A stretch of 64,000 nucleotides of DNA from a virus. The stretch spans positions 4,526 through 68,525 of the IMG/VR virus record IMGVR_UViG_3300007963_000006; one strand, 5' to 3'. The notes below the pieces were generated by a model. That model made no database searches. It saw only the letters and a list, made by a program, of their open reading frames with translations, and was not told where the DNA came from. This document shows positions 59,600 through 64,000 of the stretch, piece by piece (position 1 is the stretch's first letter; each line of letters opens with the position of its first letter). The position numbers and the translations under genes are program-made.

Positions 59600-60042
59600 T
59601 ACTCATCACCCGACTCTTCGGGCGGATTCATAATTGCTTCAGCACGGGCTGTTAGAGAAGCCTTTGTTGAAGTGCGTGATGTGCTTTCGCCTCTTGCCTT
59701 GAACCATTGAATCATTTGAGCGCGAGTCCAGTTAGGATCGAAATCGTCACTGGATTCTTCTTCAGCGGGTTCCGGTGTAGGTTCTTCAACAACCTCTTCA
59801 ACAACAGGTTCCGGTTCCGGTGTAGGTTCCGGTGTGGGTTCCTCAAGAACCTCAAGCATCTTGTCAGTGGTTGATGCCTCTAAATCGCTCACTGCCCACT
59901 GTGGGAAGCCATCATGCTCAAATTCTGCTGCACAGGCTTCAGGAATGTCAGTGCGGCTCATGCCGCGTGCAAACCCATACTTTGTGCCTTCGTATGAAAA
60001 CTCAACGTATGGCCTGTCGCCAACGTATTTTACAGTCGCCAT
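59599..60042 (-). CDS. Protein with Pro/Glu linker and C-terminal HeH/SAP-like motif
   Basis: EPTPEPTPEPEP; WTRAQMIQWFKARG...TKASL. Confidence 0.7.
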   Translation of the reverse strand: MATVKYVGDRPYVEFSYEGTKYGFARGMSRTDIPEACAAEFEHDGFPQWAVSDLEASTTDKMLEVLEEPTPEPTPEPEPVVEEVVEEPTPEPAEEESSDDFDPNWTRAQMIQWFKARGESTSRTSTKASLTARAEAIMNPPEESGDE

Positions 60043-60064
60043 GTTTTCACGCTCCTATACCGAC

Positions 60065-60436
60065 TCAACGGTAAAGGATCGTGAGTCTGTGTGTGTCGCC
60101 CGCTGTGCCGCCCGCTGTTGTGAATTGAACCTCTCCCGATGCGATGGTTGGGATGGTTGGTTCTTCAAAGCCACCGGATAGATTCTGAATGCCGAGGATA
60201 GCCAATGCTGTTGTTCCATCAACACCAGTAATCGTGGTGTCCGAGAAGTTCAACTTGGTTAGGGTGCTTGCCGAAGCGCACACCAAATCGACAATCAGTA
60301 GGTTGAGGGCACCTTCAGCGGCATTACTGCCGATAGGTGACTGTAACCATGCTGTGCTTGCCGGGTCGCTTCCTGCCCACATTCGGGTATCCAATACTAC
60401 GCTGCTGCTGCCTTGTGTGATATTTGCTGTTGCCAT
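60065..60436 (-). CDS. Putative capsid decoration/minor protein
   Basis: Directly after the major capsid gene. Confidence 0.65.
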   Translation of the reverse strand: MATANITQGSSSVVLDTRMWAGSDPASTAWLQSPIGSNAAEGALNLLIVDLVCASASTLTKLNFSDTTITGVDGTTALAILGIQNLSGGFEEPTIPTIASGEVQFTTAGGTAGDTHRLTILYR

Positions 60437-60472
60437 TTTTCCACTTCCTTTTTCATTTGTTTGTTTTCATCC

Positions 60473-61630
60473 TCAACTCAAGTCACGAATCTTCCCGCTT
60501 GCCTTGAAGAAGGTGCAAATCAGTTCGCCCATCGTATGGAATAGCCCCATTTGACCGAGGCGGTTGATACCGAATGGATCGCCTGTTTCAATACCGGACT
60601 CATGGTAAAGGGTTGGCTTTGCTGTGGTGAACCACAGGTAATCGGTGTCGAGGAAGTATAGTCGGCTGCTGCCGCCGGATTCCTTGTGAACGTCTTTGGA
60701 TGGGATGATAGGCACACCGTTGTAGGTTGCGACCATGAATCCACCGTTTAGACCGGGAACACCTTTCACGCCATTGACGCCGGGGGTGACACGCTTCATC
60801 TCAACGAATCGCTGTTGTGGTTGTAGCAACTGCTGAATGGTTTCCAGTGTATCGTAGCCAGTTAGGATGACCTTTGGCTGACCACCTGCTTCCCATACTT
60901 GGCGGAACATACCGTCAAGGATGTTGAGAGTCAAGGCACGCTCGGCACCTGTCGCTCCTGCGTCCACCTGTGCATCGAACCATTCTTGGGATGAACCAGT
61001 GGTTCGGGTCAGATTGTATAGGTTGTGATCTCCAAGACCGCTCACGTCCGAGAAGGCCGCTGTTTCCACGAAGGACGATGAAGTCACACGGTCAAGCGAC
61101 TCAAAGTCGTTCCCTGCCGGTGTATCCAAATCCTGAAGAAGCATTTTGTTGATGTGTTCGGTGTGGTGTTTTGCCATCTCCATCTTGATGACAGCCCGAG
61201 CATCGCCCAGTCCGTCATCCTTGTCAGCAAGGAACATGGCAGTTTCCGATAGGTCGAAGGTGTGTGCCACAGTCTTTGGTTTGGTGCTAACATGAACGAA
61301 TTCAGGCTTGCTTGTTTCCGGTAGGGTTGCGTTCTCACCAACACCGCCGCCCTTTGTGAAGGAAGGCTTTGCAGTGGTGACACGCCATCCCGACTTCTCC
61401 CACGGCTTCTTGGGAAGAATACTGAATGCGTTAAATTCTTGGTTCAACTGGGACCAAACCTTGCGTCCGAAGATCGCTTGATATGTTCCTGCTGTGCTGC
61501 TCATCATTGGTGAGTCTGCTTTCAGCAAATCTGTGCCGCTGTAAGCCCATGCTCCTTGTCCTGTTCCTGCACCATAATACAAATGTTCCATATCTTCAAT
61601 CGTGCGGATATATCCTGCGCTACCACTCAT
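60473..61630 (-). CDS. Major capsid protein (HK97 fold)
   Basis: 385 aa; GGGVGENATLP, YNGVPII, LYFLDTDYL; follows the protease. Confidence 0.88.
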   Translation of the reverse strand: MSGSAGYIRTIEDMEHLYYGAGTGQGAWAYSGTDLLKADSPMMSSTAGTYQAIFGRKVWSQLNQEFNAFSILPKKPWEKSGWRVTTAKPSFTKGGGVGENATLPETSKPEFVHVSTKPKTVAHTFDLSETAMFLADKDDGLGDARAVIKMEMAKHHTEHINKMLLQDLDTPAGNDFESLDRVTSSSFVETAAFSDVSGLGDHNLYNLTRTTGSSQEWFDAQVDAGATGAERALTLNILDGMFRQVWEAGGQPKVILTGYDTLETIQQLLQPQQRFVEMKRVTPGVNGVKGVPGLNGGFMVATYNGVPIIPSKDVHKESGGSSRLYFLDTDYLWFTTAKPTLYHESGIETGDPFGINRLGQMGLFHTMGELICTFFKASGKIRDLS

Positions 61631-61671
61631 TTCTCATCATCTCCATTTTTTTTGTTTGTAACCTGTGTCCC

Positions 61672-62991
61672 TCACTGGACGCTCCCGTGCAAAGCACGTT
61701 GTCCGAGTTCTTCCAATGCTCGCCATCCGTCAATGTCGTTGCCAAGAGCGGCAAATTCTTCGTGGGTTGGCACGCGAATGTCAGATTGGGCCGGGACGGG
61801 CACCGCTGACTTTTGAATTTCTGCGTTTGTAGTGCGTAGTGATTCGATTTCCTGCGTCAATGCAGCAATCTGTGAACCGTAGTCACGCGATTTTTGCACT
61901 TCAAGTGCTTGCTGTGTTTCAGCCTCATATCGGTCATTCCATTCCTTCTCAACAAGGGACTTTACAGCCTCTTCGTCGCGGATTCCTGAATATGCCTGAT
62001 AACCACGCTCAAGTGATTGTGGGGTCAGGTCAAGACCCTGCTTGATGACTTGACGGTTGCCCTGTGGGGCTGCGTTCTTCATCTGTGGAACCTGTGGTTG
62101 CTTAATCACATATTTGTTGGATTTTGCATTTGGAAGGCTTGGTGCTGATGCGAGGGTTGCATCTTCACCGCTGCCGATAAGGTCGCCCTGTCCTCGGTGG
62201 TTGAAGCCATGTGAGCCATCAACGCCAACCATATACGCCTTGCCAAGTCCGAAGTGACCACGAAGGCCATCCAGATCGACACCTTGTTGGTGTGCGAATT
62301 TTTCTAATGAGTCAATGTAAGCGATTGCCTGTTCTTCAGTTTTCGCTACGGGTGCGGGAGCCTGTTCGACTGCCGGTGCCTCATCTGTTTCCATGTGCTT
62401 GTTTATCCGAGATAGTGCATCTCTAATTTCATTCAAGGTTTCGCTTTGTTCGCTTGTCATATCATCACTTTCCATTTTCAATAGGGTGTATGTGCTTTCA
62501 GGGTTGATGCCCTTTTTGCACAAGGTAATCTCATGCAGTTCCATATCCGTGATTTCACGGTGGGTGCCATGTTCTTCTGTGGTCTTAGACACACGGAAGA
62601 GGGCTTGACCCCCAATGGAAAATGCTCGCAGTTCGCCACTGCGAACCTGCTTTTGGACTTCACGCGCCTTCTCAATGTCGTTGCGGATTTTGCATACGAC
62701 GAAGAGGCCGTGGTCATCAACGGTGGATTTCCACACGCGCCCTTCACTATCTGTATAGGACGGTAGGACTTCTCCAACCTGAATGCCACTGTGCGCTAAC
62801 TGGACGTTACGGTAAGCCGCGTTATCCATGAATCCGTTGAATGCCTTCTTCAAAGCGGATACCGGGATTCTATCTCCCTGCTTATCCACCATATCAACGG
62901 AGGCATAACCGGCGATGACGAGATCGTTGCCTGATGCCGCCTTCAGAATGAAGTCGGAACCAGTCGCAGACCACAGCGCACTTTGAGCCAT
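61672..62991 (-). CDS. Prohead protease fused to scaffold
   Basis: IAGYASV..VDKQGD, H, AFSIGG, EITL...GINPE; coiled-coil C-terminus. Confidence 0.9.
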   Translation of the reverse strand: MAQSALWSATGSDFILKAASGNDLVIAGYASVDMVDKQGDRIPVSALKKAFNGFMDNAAYRNVQLAHSGIQVGEVLPSYTDSEGRVWKSTVDDHGLFVVCKIRNDIEKAREVQKQVRSGELRAFSIGGQALFRVSKTTEEHGTHREITDMELHEITLCKKGINPESTYTLLKMESDDMTSEQSETLNEIRDALSRINKHMETDEAPAVEQAPAPVAKTEEQAIAYIDSLEKFAHQQGVDLDGLRGHFGLGKAYMVGVDGSHGFNHRGQGDLIGSGEDATLASAPSLPNAKSNKYVIKQPQVPQMKNAAPQGNRQVIKQGLDLTPQSLERGYQAYSGIRDEEAVKSLVEKEWNDRYEAETQQALEVQKSRDYGSQIAALTQEIESLRTTNAEIQKSAVPVPAQSDIRVPTHEEFAALGNDIDGWRALEELGQRALHGSVQ

Positions 62992-63019
62992 TGAACAAAG
63001 TCAGTTCGTGTTATGGTAT

Positions 63020-64000
63020 TTAACCACTTGGTTGAGGGGGAGGCATAGGACCGGGCATTGGTGGTTCAGGTTCTTCTTCGATTGGAACGACCACTTCTTC
63101 CTCATCTTTCGCCTCACGGGGTGTTTTTTGCGGGAATCGAAGGGTTGCTCTATTACCTTCAACCTCTAATTCACCTTCAACGTCCTCTCCCTGCCCATCT
63201 TTTGTTTGAATGTTGATATGCGTTGGCAATCCTTCCGGCATTCCTTGTTCTTCCAAACGGTATGGATCGAACATAGGTGTCGCTTCTTCATCCGTTAATT
63301 CAGTGGGTCCACGCGGCGTAGTAATCATATCTAACATTCCCGAAGGCACCCCACCCTGTATAGAACCACTAATTCGGGCAAGAGGCGAACCCTGACGCTC
63401 AACAATCTCATTGTCAAGTGCTTCATTCACAGTCCATTCACCTTCTTCCGTGCGCTCAAGGCCATATTCTGCCCCTAATTCATCAAGCATTCCTTCATCT
63501 AAACCTTTGACCTTACTTCTCAATGCCTGACTTGTCATTGAATTATCTGCATCCATCAGTAATTTACGGGCTGCAACAAGAGCGTGTTGTGAATCTCTCT
63601 CTCCACCGTTCGTGTCTAACAATGGGGCGCGAATAAAGAGGGTTGAATCTTCAGTAGTAATTTTCGGTGGATACGGCGTGACCTCCGAAATGTCATATTT
63701 CATCAGATGTGCGGCCACTGGACCCCATAATTGGAATTGCTTTTCCGCATGAATAGACAATGGGTTTTGTGGTTCAATGCCTTGCACGGCATAAGTGTCA
63801 TCCTCAAATGTTGATTTGACAATTACTGGTTGAATATGTCCGGGGTATTCCAAAACAATGTTCCCATTGTGATATGATGTTGAAGGATAGGGGGCATTCA
63901 TCTTGGTCAAATCATCCCCATTAGGGCTGTATAGAACCCATTTGTGGTGGTTTTCCTTTTCCTTCATAAATGTTGAAGTGGCATCTCGCAACCAAATTGA
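63020..64000 (-). CDS. Head-module protein, 5' partial
   Basis: Frame is open to the window end; acidic/Pro-rich tail. Confidence 0.7.
   Translation of the reverse strand, partial: SIWLRDATSTFMKEKENHHKWVLYSPNGDDLTKMNAPYPSTSYHNGNIVLEYPGHIQPVIVKSTFEDDTYAVQGIEPQNPLSIHAEKQFQLWGPVAAHLMKYDISEVTPYPPKITTEDSTLFIRAPLLDTNGGERDSQHALVAARKLLMDADNSMTSQALRSKVKGLDEGMLDELGAEYGLERTEEGEWTVNEALDNEIVERQGSPLARISGSIQGGVPSGMLDMITTPRGPTELTDEEATPMFDPYRLEEQGMPEGLPTHINIQTKDGQGEDVEGELEVEGNRATLRFPQKTPREAKDEEEVVVPIEEEPEPPMPGPMPPPQPSG

Larger units (their letters stand above)
1..64000. mobile_element. Head-tailed archaeal virus genome segment (Magrovirus-like, inferred)
   Basis: Protease/capsid/tail module plus archaeal-type replication genes (PCNA, RFC, PolB, AEP primase, XPF); GGTGA/GGAGG SD motifs; tightly overlapping genes; no host housekeeping genes. 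Confidence 0.88.

Noticed and set aside
59768-59842. GGTTCCGGTGTA repeats
   Set aside because: Encodes a Pro/Glu/Thr linker within a gene
32206-63395. Many + strand ORFs in the structural region, and likewise - strand ORFs in 1-30000
   Set aside because: Antisense shadows of long genes, with no SD sites or recognisable motifs
1-64000. tRNA, rRNA, integrase, terminase or portal genes
   Set aside because: None recognised; terminase and portal probably lie beyond the right edge of the window

Overview
This window looks like most of a head-tailed (HK97-fold) archaeal virus genome; the gene set best fits a Magrovirus-like virus of marine Euryarchaeota (inference, no database search). It has two convergent blocks. 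The + strand (1-29991) carries many small Cys-rich early genes, an SF2 helicase, PC4-like and TFB-cyclin-like proteins, and an apparently inactivated ATP-dependent ligase. It also carries a near-complete archaeal-type replisome (RFC, RPA-like, RecA-family ATPase, PCNA, PolB, Cas4-like nuclease, fused PriS-PriL, ERCC4 nuclease, MCM-like helicase) and three DNA methyltransferases. The - strand (29988-64000) carries the morphogenesis module: prohead protease/scaffold, major capsid, neck, tail tube, frameshifted tail chaperones, tape measure and very large tail-tip proteins. Four observations stand out. (1) The methyltransferases end in PCNA-binding PIP-box-like tails, suggesting replication-coupled methylation. 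(2) CCAG[A/C/G], CTAG, AGCT and GTAC appear avoided across the window, and the only exceptions found by eye overlap GATC. (3) The DNA ligase looks catalytically dead and sits beside candidate viral transcription factors and a repeated TATA + C-tract promoter. (4) There is a clear -1 frameshift site in the tail chaperone gene. All assignments come from reading motifs by eye.
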